Source of the DNA: Oculina patagonica
Lineage: Eukaryota
Assembly (NCBI RefSeq): GCF_052425735.1
Contig: NC_135765.1
Location: 33,852,001 to 33,916,000 of the forward strand
Length of the DNA stretch: 64,000 bases
Reading direction: 5' to 3'
Positions 1 to 11,500 of this stretch are shown piece after piece (the stretch's first letter is position 1; the number at the start of each line of letters is the position of its first letter). The position numbers were made by a program, and so were the translations under genes. The notes beneath the pieces were generated by a model. The model saw only the letters and a program-made list of their open reading frames with translations, searched no databases and was not told where the DNA came from.

Positions 1-663
1 AGTAGGGACATGTTCACTGCAGTGACATGTCCCATTCATTTCTTGTGTGTACATTTTGTGCAACATACATTGTGATTATGTCCCTGCTACAGCAACAATT
101 TGTCCCAAAGTTGATGTAGTTATAAAGCTCCAAGCGGCTACAACAAGCAACTCCAATGTATGGTACTGCTTCACTGTGTGGTGGTTCACCAGTGGTGGGT
201 GCACTGTGTGGTGGTTACGCGGGGGTTACGATCTGGTGGGTAATGTTCCAAACCCTACTATTCTATTCCCCGGGTCTACTCCAAATGCAATGGATCCAAA
301 AGTCGAAAAGCTCTTAGAGGGATAAATCTGACGAAGAGAAATTTCAAGCGATAGCGTTTTCTTTTCGGTGCATTTTGACAAGGCCTACAACTGACTCAAA
401 CAGAGACACGCCAATGAAATTGGTGAGAAATTCTGTTGTTGCCACTTGGTATTAAATCGAATTTGTCCTTCATTCATAGATGAACTCTGGGCAAAAGAAA
501 AGTTGAAACGGGAACCAAAATATTCCTTTGAAAAATCGAGGGACGAAAAGGACGACGACGTTTCAGGTAAATTACAAGAACTGATTGTACTGATTGGTAT
601 GTAATTTAGTGATACAGAGTTTTGATAAACATATACTTATTTATTTATACTGTGGAACCTCGT
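1..663. repeat. Direct repeat unit (~660 bp), copy 1; cut off by the window start
   Basis: Near-identical to ~4791-5445, from gcagtgacatgtcccattcatttc to tactgtggaacctcg. Partial copies at ~1836-1993 and ~5774-5842. Confidence 0.9.
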
Positions 664-936
664 ATGGGGTCCGTATGACCTTTACACATTTACTGGGCGG
701 CAGACTTCAGTCTTGCTAATAATTAATCGGTACGGTAACATTTATTTTTAAGTTTTCAAATCACGCAAACAGTGTTCATGCATGTTGAGAACGGTATCAA
801 AATCGGCTCCCGACAAATCATGCAATGAAATGTTGAAATCGTTTGTTTCAGTGGACCATTGAGAAATAAACTTCAAATGGCCTTTTGTAATAATTTGTCA
901 TTGTTGCACTCCCAGGGGTGGGGGGGGGGGGGGGGG

Positions 937-1813
937 GGAGGGTTACTCGGGATTTTCAAGTGACGGGTATGATCAGGAGCCCATCAACTGGAGCCTCCAT
1001 ACGTACTGTACCCTTGAGCCAACCCTTTCCCGCATATTTTTATTTTTAGAAACACATTTCCCGCGAAAACATTGCTCCTGTGGTCAGACCACATGCAGCG
1101 TAGCTAGGGCGACGTGACGATGTTTGGGCCCTTTTTTGACGAGTTTTTGGCTTTATTGTCAAAGGTGTAAATATAGAATCACTTAAAAGGGTGTGGAAAT
1201 TAATCAGTGCACCCTGGGGATTCGAATAAGCCATTTATAGCCATTTGGAAAAGTTGAAATGGTTTGCCGTCCTTGTTTGGGCCCTTTTTGATGGGTTTTT
1301 GGCTTTATTGTCAAAGGTGCATTGAATATACAATCACCTAAAAAGTGTTGGAAATTAATCAATGCTCCCTGGGGATTCGAATAAAACCATTTATAGCCAT
1401 TTGATAAAGTTGCAATGGTTTCCTGCAGGAGCCCATCCTGGTATGTTCGAAATGGGGCAAAAATCAAGACCCAAATCCCTAGGGCTATCAACAAAACCCC
1501 CAAAAATCCAAATATCAACCCCTTAAAAAATCCCATGCCGAATATTCTGACCCATTATTTTTTTCAGAAAGGGGAATGATCTGAAAATATAAATAACGCA
1601 ATGGAAAAAACATAAGATACACGTTCAGTCAATTTTACTTTATTCGTAGAACTTTGTGGCCAAGGCATTACCACGAATCTTTAAATTTAGATTGTTTTTA
1701 AATTAATCTCCCTAAAAATTACCCAAAAAAGCCACCCCAAAAATACTTGCCATTTTTTCCTATGCAAAAAATTTTCGATTATCCCCGTCACTTGAAATCC
1801 CGAGTACCACCCC
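937..1813. mobile_element. Poly-G/poly-C-ended MITE with a nested insertion (~975-1439)
   Basis: Ends ggttactcgggattttcaagtgacggg and ccccgtcacttgaaatcccgagtacc are inverted repeats. The internal block is flanked by ggtatgatc / ggtatgttc (TSD-like) and contains ~165-bp tandem units. Confidence 0.6.
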
Positions 1814-1993
1814 ACCGTAGGGTGGAATTTAGACACAAAGTTGATGCAGTTATAAAGCTCCACTCGGCTACAACAAGCATCTCCAATGTATGGTAGGTTA
1901 ATTACTGTGTGGTGGTTGCACTGTGTGCATGTGGTGGTTCACCGGTGGTGGGTGCACTGTGTAGTGGTTACGGTCTGGTGGGTAATGTTCCAA

Positions 1994-3163
1994 CACAGGC
2001 AGACCACCCTATGTGTTCGTAGTTAATTATTGTTGTTGACATGAGACGAACAAAAGAAATTTTGAAATCGATAAGGGCTACTGAAATAAAGCTTTAGAAA
2101 TAAAATATCTAAACTACATTTCGCTCTAAATATCTCAATAAAGTTTAATGAAATGTTTATCGACTCATGTGTCGTATTTTTTCGCCTGCGCGGGCCGTTT
2201 TAAGCGCTTTTTTTAACTGATTTAGCCGGCCGAAGGCCGGTAGAGAAGAAAGAGGAGACAAGGCTTGCAAGTCGGCGGCCGACAGAAGCGACCTCCTCCA
2301 CTTCAAACCGGAATTAACGCCAAACTAATGAAAAACTCACCTATCTGACGACGGCTGTCGATCGGTGAGTTGTTGCTCTATCTCTTCGCCAAATTTTAGC
2401 TTCATCCCTCCAACATTTTCCGAGAAAATCCATGCTGAAATCGTGCAAACGGCTTTCTGACTATGATCGGTGCTCGACATAGCGACCAGGGAAATTCCAA
2501 ACAGGCCGGCCGTTTCAAATTAACCAATCAGCGCTTGGTTGAAGTTCAGCGGAAGTGTCAAAACTCCTGTGCGGGGCAGGGTTGGGGTTTTGAACCGCGG
2601 CCGGCTGCCGCGGGAAGCCAAGCGCTGATTGGTTAATTTGAAACGGCCGGCCTGTTTGGAATTTCCCTGGTCGCTATGTCGAGCACCGATCATAGTCAGA
2701 AAGCCGTTTGCACGATTTCAGCATGGATTTTCTCGGAAAATGTTGGAGGGATGAAGCTAAAATTCGGCGAAGAGATAGAGCAACAACTCACCGATCGACA
2801 GCCGTCGTCAGATAGGTGAGTTTTTCATTAGTTTGGCGTTAATTCCGGTTTGAAGTGGAGGAGGTCGCTTCTGTCGGCCGCCGACTTGCAAGCCTTGTCT
2901 CCTCTTTCTTCTCTTACCGGCCTTCGGCCGGCTAAATCAGTTAAAAAAAGCGCTTAAAACGGCCCGCGCAGGCGAAAAAATACGACACATGAGTCGATAA
3001 ACATTTCATTAAACTTTATTGAGATATTTAGAGCGAAATGTAGTTTAGATATTTTATTTCTAAAGCTTTATTTCAGTAGCCCTTATCGATTTCAAAATTT
3101 CTTTTGTTCGTCTCATGTCAACAACAATAATTAACTACGAACACATAGGGTGGTCTGCCTGTG
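1994..3163. mobile_element. Foldback/MITE element with ~545-bp near-perfect terminal inverted repeats
   Basis: 1994-2538 is the reverse complement of 2618-3163, with only one substitution and one 1-bp indel seen. Spacer is 79 bp. Termini are CACAGGCAGACC...GGTCTGCCTGTG. No clear TSD. Confidence 0.9.
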
Positions 3164-3215
3164 CCCCAACCCGAAATCGATTAGCCCCCAGTAAAAGCAG
3201 GCTCTGGGTCAGGAA

Positions 3216-3645
3216 CCCAGGGGGGGGGGGGGGGGGGGTACTTGACCTAAATTAAGGTATAGGGGTGCTGCTGGAGGTTTGAAGTTTAGGACTATAAAAA
3301 CTTAAAATACCTTCCCTGTGTAGGACAACTCCCGCTATTTTAAGACTCTATTTAGGACAAAAGACAGCATCAACAATCATTTACGTAAAATGCGAAAACA
3401 CCGATCCCACCAAATAAAATAATGCTTTTTATTGAAGCGAAAGCGAAAACAATGTAAATACATGGACGACAGTCTTGCATCCATACCCTGTCTAGGACAG
3501 CTTCAGACCCAGCTGTTTAGGACAGAGGAGCTTGAAATTATATACCCTATTAAGGACCGGAGGAGTCAAAAACCATACCCTATCCAGCAGCACATCCCCG
3601 TATAGGCCATATAGGGGAGTCCCCCCCCCCCCCCCGCCCCCAGGG
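3216..3645. mobile_element. Poly-G/poly-C-ended non-autonomous element
   Basis: cccaggggg...ggtact at the left end and gagtcccc...ccaggg at the right end. Direct repeat gggtcaggaa at 3206-3215 and 3643-3652. Confidence 0.65.
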
Positions 3646-3974
3646 TCAGGAATCTCTGATACTGGACTGTCAGCATCACATGCTCATTTTGGTCACTAAA
3701 AACTGCCGGGTAAAAATTACTGTGGGAGGTACACAAAGCTTCAGAGTTATGTTCAATCGCTTGGAACAAGTGATGTTAACATATATTTATACCTTTCGTT
3801 AATACTTTCACATCAACTCGACTATACTATAAGGTTAGTCATTCTCTGGGGGGGGGGGGGAATCCCATATGAAAGGGGTGGAGATGCTTGTTGTCTAGCT
3901 TAGGGGTGTAAAGTGGCGCGAGATTTTTAAGCCAATCACTAAGCGTAGTAATGCAAAACCAAAGCAATTAACAA

Positions 3975-4400
3975 TTGCAATACAATACAATACTGACAAT
4001 CTTTATTTAACGTGGTCAGCAACACTTGTCTAACTAAGATTAAGAATATAAAAATTTACAAATTAAAAAAAAGATTAAAATTTTATTAAAAACAGTAGAA
4101 TAGCAATAATAAGAATTGTCAAAATACTCGATCAAAGTCCCGTAAAATTTTTAAAACAAACCTAAAAACATTAAAATGTTTTTAGGTTTGTTTTAAAAAT
4201 CGTGTAAGTTTTTATTTTCCTTGTGTCGTCTGGTATAGAGTTCCACAATTTTGATGCAGTATATCTCCACGATTTAAGGCCATATTTTGTTGAATTTACT
4301 TTCGGAAGGTCCACAATTGTGTTTCCTCTGAGGTTATAGGTGGAGCGTCTTGTTGTTATAAATTCTCGCAAGCTTGCAGGACCAGCATCGGTCCTGCAAG
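3975..4400 (-). mobile_element. 5'-truncated LINE (CR1/L2-type) ORF2 C-terminus and 3' tail
   Basis: ORF 4171-4371 reads YNLRG...LPKVNSTKYGLKSWRYTASKLWNSIP..IK....FK, the typical end of non-LTR ORF2. It is followed by a simple-repeat tail. It sits inside another repeat that ends ctttcgacactcaagtgaaaaccgctcta. Confidence 0.75.
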
Positions 4401-4790
4401 CTGTGTCGATTTACTTTCGACACTCAAGTGAAAACCGCTCTAGTTGAGGGCAGTGGTGTTACTGGGGGCTAATTGACTTCAGTTGGAGGCTAATCGTCTT
4501 GGCTTATAATTATTCAAATCATTTATCAGTTAGGTACGTTAATAAATCAACTGGACTTTTTATTTTAAGGCAAAATAATTATTTACCAAACCAATGTGAA
4601 GCGTAAGATAGGGCAAAATACTATATATATTGGGTGATGTTCTTTGCCTGAGCAGGCAGTATGGGCAAATTATACTTACTAATTATTGACTCTATATAGA
4701 TAACCATGCCTAGCCTGCAGACTATTTAAATGGAGGGACAGTAGTGCAGTGACAGAAAAACACATGCTTACACACACAAGAAAAATTAAT

Positions 4791-5445
4791 GTAGCAGAGA
4801 CATGCATGTTCATTGCAGTGACATGTCCCATTCATTTCTTGTGTGTACATTTTGTGCAATATACATTGTGATTAGGTCCCTGCTACAGCGACAATTTGTC
4901 CCAAAGTTGATGTAGTTATAAAGCTCCAAGCAGCTACAACAAGCAACTCCAATGTATAGTAGCTTCACTGTGTGGTGGTTCACCAGTGGTGGGTGCACTG
5001 TGTGGTGGTTACGCGGGGGTTACGATCTGGTGGGTAATGTTCCAAACCCTACTATTCTATTCCCCGGGTCTACTCCAAATGCAAAGTCGAAAAGCTCTTA
5101 GAGGGATAATCTGACGAAGAGAAATTTCAAGCGATAGCGTTTTCTTTTCGGTGCATTTTGACAAGGCCTACAACTGACTCAAACCGAGACACGCCAGTGA
5201 AATTGTTGAGAAATTCTGTTGTTGCCACTTGGTATTAAATCGAATTTGTCCTTCATTCATAGATGAACTCTGGGCGAAAGTAAAGTTGAACCGTGAACCA
5301 AAATATTCCTTCGAAAAATGGAGCGACGAAGAGGACGACGACGTTTCAGGTAAATTACAAGAACTGATTGTACTGATTGGTATGTAATTTAGTGATACAG
5401 AGTTTTGACAAACATATACTTATTTATTTATACTGTGGAACCTCG
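4791..5445. repeat. Direct repeat unit, copy 2
   Basis: Matches 1-663 with few substitutions and small deletions. Confidence 0.9.
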
Positions 5446-5449
5446 ATAC

Positions 5450-5606
5450 AATGTACAAATTAAATTTTAATTCTTGTATATAATTCACACTTTTTAGATT
5501 TGTAAAGTTATTTTTAAGCTTTGTAAGTTCTATGCTTTTATACTGGTCACCAATTGATACCAGTCAATCTCTTTGATCGACTGACCGGTCTATCAGGATA
5601 AATAAA

Positions 5607-5646
<40 letters not shown>
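5450..5646 (+). mobile_element. Probable LINE 3' tail ending in (ATT)n
   Basis: AT-rich 3' UTR-like sequence, then aataaag and an (att)n run at ~5608-5646. Confidence 0.5.
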
Positions 5647-5648
<2 letters not shown>

Positions 5649-5968
5649 CCCTTTATTATACGGCCAAATTCAGAAACAAAACCCCGATACAAACGAACTT
5701 TGATATCCAGAAATCTAATTATGGTGGCTGTTCATTTAGCCCCTAAGACGATTAGCTGCAACCCGAAGTCGATGCAGTGACATGTCCCATTCATTTCTTG
5801 TGTGTACATTTCGTGCAATATACATTGTGATTATGTCCCTGCAATGTGTGATTTAAACCTTTATCAGAATCCAAAGTGCAACTGTCTCTCCTATTACATT
5901 ACGACGTTAAAAATAGTCTGAACTGGACTGGAAAATAATTACAACTGACTTTTGAAATTTATTAGCAG

Positions 5969-6860
5969 CTAAACAGGGTGTTTTCCAAACAAATTCAGCA
6001 AAGGAGAAATTAGGAAGGAAAGGTAAGTGGTATTTTATAACAAATATTCAGTCCAGAAATCTACCCCACTAATTATGCAGTAAAAACTCAGTTAAGCCAC
6101 CAAGGGCATGCTTCTTTTGAAGACCTTTTATCAAAAGTATGTTAAATTTATTGATTATTGTACATCATGGATACAAAATCTGTGGTAAATAAAAAAATTA
6201 TAATTATTATGACCTACTGGATTCTTTTGATTTATTAATTATTTCTGTCAGTTTCAGCTCCAGGAAATGTGAATTCAAGACAGTCATCTGAAAAGGTCTC
6301 ACATTCCAAGCAATTCTGATTCCAACAGCCAGGGATACAGTCCTACCCCCCAAGGGGGCTTTCATTTTTTAGTACTAGGTGGGGGAGAGTGGATGTGTTG
6401 GCAAAATCACTTGGAGTGGATTCCAAATATTACTCAACCCCCCTTCCTTGGTAGGCAAAAATGTTACATCAGCCCTGTGGTGTCGAGTTGAAGTTGAAAT
6501 TATGTGCAGATCCAGAAAATATGCATTCCAACTCCTATACATGGAAGGTCATTCAAAATTTTGAGGTGGTGGGGGGTCTCAAAATCCAAAATTTTTAAAG
6601 GAAAGTATGCTTGCAGCTTAACTGGAATTTCCAGAGAGGAGTGGGGATTCAAACCAAATAACCTTCCATGGGAGGGGTATGGATAATTTTTTGAAACAAC
6701 GCAATACAGGGCTATGCAGGCAGAAACTTTATTTTGCAACTCTGTCATCTAGCAGGAACCATGTATTTGATATCACCAAGTGAAATAGAAAGAGGGCCCT
6801 TGGCAGAAAACGTCTTTAAAAAGCCTGCCAATTATATATGTTGCTCTGATTAAGTGAATG
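5969..6860 (+). pseudogene. Diverged remnant or partial paralog of the last two exons of the Pil1/Lsp1-like gene
   Basis: 54-bp exon 5969-6022 (AKQGVFQTNSAKEKLGRK) has intact AG/GT and the same length as exon 56287-56340 (AKQVVFRTNSAKENAGRK). The exon from 6252 (SAPGNVNSRQSSEK vs SAPSNMNSQQSSGK) hits an early stop and is split by a MITE. 6770-6860 matches the final coding part (gagggcccttggcagaaaacgtcttt vs gagggccctcggcagaggatgtcttt). Confidence 0.7.
6500..6704. mobile_element. Small MITE (TGTG..TCCAGAAAATAT... family)
   Basis: Imperfect terminal inverted repeats. Related copies at ~15082-15248 and ~46310-46481. Confidence 0.5.
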
Positions 6861-8519
6861 TAAAAAAGTTAACTTAATGAGAAATTTAACAGTTTTTAGT
6901 AAGGCACCCGAATATCTGTTTTTATTTTCTTACTGGAGACTGTATTATAATTATAAATAAAGATAAATAGCTATGAATGCTTGTAAATAATGTAGTGTTA
7001 TTTTTTTAAAAAAAAATGTGCCTTTGCACAAAAAGTTTCTAAAATAATCGGGATAGATTTTTGGTATATGTTAGTGAGTTGCTATAGCTGATACAAAGTT
7101 AATGTTGTACTAACAGTAACTAATAAATTAAAAAAAAATGATTGTGTTGAAGCTTTCAAACTTTATTCCCTCTTCCCCTCTTCAAACTAATTTGACTGTC
7201 TGATTACCAATACCAATATTTTTAATGCGCTGACTTTGAACGCTTAATATAACTTTTTCAAGATTAAACCAAACACTGCCAAACTTTGCGAGTTTATCTA
7301 AAATTTAACTGGGAATAATTTGGTGGGATAGGTTGTTTTGTCGAAAACTTGAAGTTACCATTGCATGACAACAGCATTTTGACATTTTTATACAACGTTT
7401 TATTGTTTTCAGTGAGTACTTTTCAGTAATTTTGCACCGTTTTCTAACAAAAGATTGCAGATCCAAAATGCCAGCTGTTTTGACAGCATGATGTAATTGT
7501 CCATTGTGTCGTACATCAAAAGATAGATTTTGGACATACTAATTATATCCTCTAAGTTTCATTGTCATTTGTGACTGCTTAAATATTCTGGAGGTTATGG
7601 AGTGGGGGTAGAAATTTCCCCCCTCCCCCCCCCCAGATTTCAGATTTTTAGATTCAGATTCAGATTTTTTATTATTTACAACAATTAAACAATATTACAC
7701 ACTATTTACAGAAAGCCCGATCTGAATAGGGTTAACTCACCCTGCTATTCTAAACTGTGGGGGTTAAGTTGCTACATCCATATTGTACTTGAGATTATGT
7801 ACACTATAGTTTATATAGGAGTAAATAAACTATGTAGAGCCATTTGTTACAGTTGTACTGTATTATTTTGAACTTTGAATTGACAGTAGTATATCTACAG
7901 AGTAGGTCTAAAGATGTGATTTAGGTAACTCAACATTTATGAGGGAATTTTCCTAATGTAATTGTTTGTATTCATAAACATTTTAAAAACTTGTATGACT
8001 TTTGTAAGTTAAAAATGTGTGCATCACAGTAAGAAGGTAAACCGTACTTTAGGGACCCCTCTAAAAACACTGTTGTCACAGACAAAGTAAAATTTTTTTT
8101 TTATAACATGTCTACATTGCAGCACAGGTAATTATCTCATCTGAAATATCTTTTGAAAAATCTTGATCTTTACACCTCTAATGTGGAATTGCGTGCCCAA
8201 AGACACAAAAATTAGCCATTGTTACGGACTGTATCAATTTCTTGACTTGGAAAAATATGCCAACCAAGTTAATTTGAAACCCCCATCATCTTAAACTGTT
8301 TTTCATTTTGATTGAGACTTCAAGATAGCACAGTCAGACTATACATAATGTTTAATGGTCTCACTCACTAAATGAGTACAATCATATATAACGATTGTGC
8401 ACTATTTGTTTTTTACAAATAATTTAATCACTCAGTTTATAGAATGGATTCCAGGTATCATGAAAGCAATTTTAATTTTAATTCTTCTTAATTATTGTTT
8501 TAACAATAATTAAGAAGAA

Positions 8520-11500
8520 TTAAGAATCACTCGAGTCACTTGAATTGCGATCATCTATTTCATCTTCTTCTACTTGAGGCATTCTTTTACTTGATGTTGG
8601 TGGTGTAATTTTATTGTAGTGTTGCCAGGTGCTTTTTTGGAATGCCATGATACAATGAAGATTTCCACCTGTCTTTTTCACATTTTTCTGTTGAATTCCT
8701 TTGTGAAGTTGACGAATGTTAAGGTACAAAGGGGCCTCGTTGTTTAAATCTGTTTCAATGTCTGTCCACCTAAAAGAAAAAAGTTTTACAGTTAACTGCA
8801 GTAGTTGATTACAGTGTACTGTTAAAACCATCAAGCCAAGTGGTCCATAGTCCTCTAAACCTTATCCTGATTTCTGTAACACTATAGTGACCAGGAGTAT
8901 TTCTATTCCCCCTGAATTGGATGCTGGTTCATCACAGGGTTACCCTCCCTGCATTAGTTTGCTGGTACCCATTTATACGCCTGGGTGGAGTGAGGCAATC
9001 TGTGAGAGTCTGAAGTTAAGAACACTAACCACTTGGCCTCTGCATCTCTTGATGGACAAACAAGAGGACAAACTAACAAGGAAAGTAGAAATTGGTACAG
9101 TTTTTTTACCTTTTACAGTGAATGCTTGGGTATTTACAACTTGGGTCTCCAATCAGAATCCAAGTTTCAACCTCATCTTCATATAACTGCACCCTATGAT
9201 AACATGCAAATGGTCAGTTGTGTTACATTATTCAGAAATACCAACGGTAAGAGCCTGCTCTTGAGTAGTTAGTGGCTCGTACAATTTCCATGGCATGAAC
9301 ATCTGAAGTCTATGCTAGTGTACTGCAAGTTTATCCACAAGACAAGTATTTGTAAGGGTCCCAAATGGGGGGGGGGGGGGGGACAGGGGGTCCAGGAGCC
9401 CTAAGCTTTTTGCTGTGCAGAGCCTGGAGCCTTGAGAATGTTAGTTTAAAGACACATTTGTTTGTAGATACGAGTTTTTTGTCTTTCCAGACTGTTAGCC
9501 TGAGTTACTCCATGCTTTATACTGGACAAGTCCAGTAAGAAACAACATCAATGAGCCGTCAGGCATAAACAATTAACCTCTAACATTGAAGAAACCAAGT
9601 TAAACAGTAAGTCAGAAATTATAATTATTGTCTTAACCTGTATGCATCAACAGCCTTGACAGGTGAGTCATCATAACCAATAGGACAAAAGTAGTGATTG
9701 TAGCAGTGGTAGATGAAAGCCATCTGGGGATTATGCAGACCCTTCTTTAACTGACGTAAAGCTTCCTCACCACTCAGGCCAATAGTACGACTCTTTCCTT
9801 TGGGTTTGTACAAAAAGTATGCCTCACCATGAACTCCAAAATACTCACAGAGCTGCCTGAACCATCTAAAATAGAATTTCAATGTTGATTACTGGAAAAA
9901 TTGTTTACCAACCCTCCAAGTTTATTTTTTCCTTAGTGGCCACTGACTGCTCAATTTGGTCACCAATGAAAAATTTTAGTCGCTAAATATAGCTCACACT
10001 TTCAATCCTTCTTCTCAATTTTAGTCGCCAGGCTGGCGACTTCGAGGCAAATTTAGTCGCCAGCTCCAAAATTTTAGTCGCCATAGTGACTAAAAAAATG
10101 GTCTTAACTTGGAGGTGTGTTAACATTACTTACACAACAGATAGTTTTACTGACCTTTTTCTTTTTCTGCTCTTTCTTTTTCTTTATTATTTAGTAGCAT
10201 TAATTATAATTATTAGCTAACATTATGGGAATGTAATGTCTGCAGATTTGGTATTAATAGCAACAAAGCATTTTGCATGCATTGTATGCCTGTGGAAATG
10301 AAAATGATTTTGTCTTACCTCATTAAAGTGGCATTTCCAGTGAATGGTCCAAACCTTATTTCTGCAAATGGCGGTTTAAAACCCAGTATGCTTAATGCTT
10401 CCTCTTGAGTCAGGGGTTGCTTACTATAATACAACAAAAGGACTCTCAGTTTAGTTACTAGTCAGATACTGACAATAATTTTAGTTTTTATGATTAAAAA
10501 AATTGTACAGTCAGTTAGTATGTTAGAACAGGTACCGGTATTCTGTATGATACTGTGGGAAATCATTACTTTAACAATAATTCATGTTATTAATAATTAT
10601 GTTCTTTTGTTTAAAATTATGGCAACATTAAACTATAATAGCACTGTAATGTACAACAGAAACCCATGGCGTAGTAGACAAAGTCTTTGATCAGTCACTG
10701 ACATTTTTTTTTTTTTTTTTTTTGGGGGGGGGGGGGGGTTAAGGGTTGAGAATGACATGACTAATAAAGTCACATGACTTTGTCTGATCAACAGTAAGAT
10801 ATCACAATATTTGGTACATTAGTAACATTAGTCATGTCATTCTAACTAATTTGGAACTACAGTTCTCAAACTCATTAAAAATTCATCCAGTTAAAACAAA
10901 GAAAATCAGAACCGTGATGGAGGTTTGGAAATCTGTTCTCTGAAGAGTTTGTTTCTATTGAGAAGATACATCCAACACTTGAGGAAGTGTTTTTCTTTGT
11001 TCTACTACACTGTACCTGCCTGCACCAAGGGAGCTAAACAGGAAATTCCAGCAGGATACCAGAGAGGAGATTCCACAAGAATGCTTGTATTGAGGCCGGC
11101 TCATACAGTACCTGACATAAAGTATTAACAAGTAATTAATTAATCATAATTTAATATTAATCAAAAGCAAATAACAAACTGTTCAAAGGACGAGTATCTC
11201 GCACTGACAGGTTGTCAAAAAAGATTTTTCTTTGAGGGGGAGGGGGGAGAGGAGGCTCTGAACTTCCTGCTTCCCACTCCTTCCTTAGTGGACCCCCCTT
11301 GTAATGCTATTTCTGTTGCAAAATATTATGCAATGTTGCAATTTTTTCCCAGCTTCTTCCAGTTCATGCTTCCTAGGGAATCCCCCTTCCCCTCCTCTCC
11401 CACCTCCCACAGAGTTCCCATCCCCTTTTATTCCCAGGTTCTATCCCCCTGTCACACCCCACAGTTTTAGCCTAGCTGTGGATTTGAACACAGGGTTGTC

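Noticed and set aside
1204-1536. 110-aa ORF with a hydrophobic N-terminus, resembling a membrane protein
   Set aside because: It lies across a MITE and its nested tandem repeats. The peptide repeats (YSNPQGALINF) simply mirror the DNA repeats.
1994-2030. CACAG terminus as a RAG/Transib recombination signal
   Set aside because: The heptamer is CACAGGC, not CACAGTG. No nonamer at 12 or 23 bp spacing and no 5-bp TSD.
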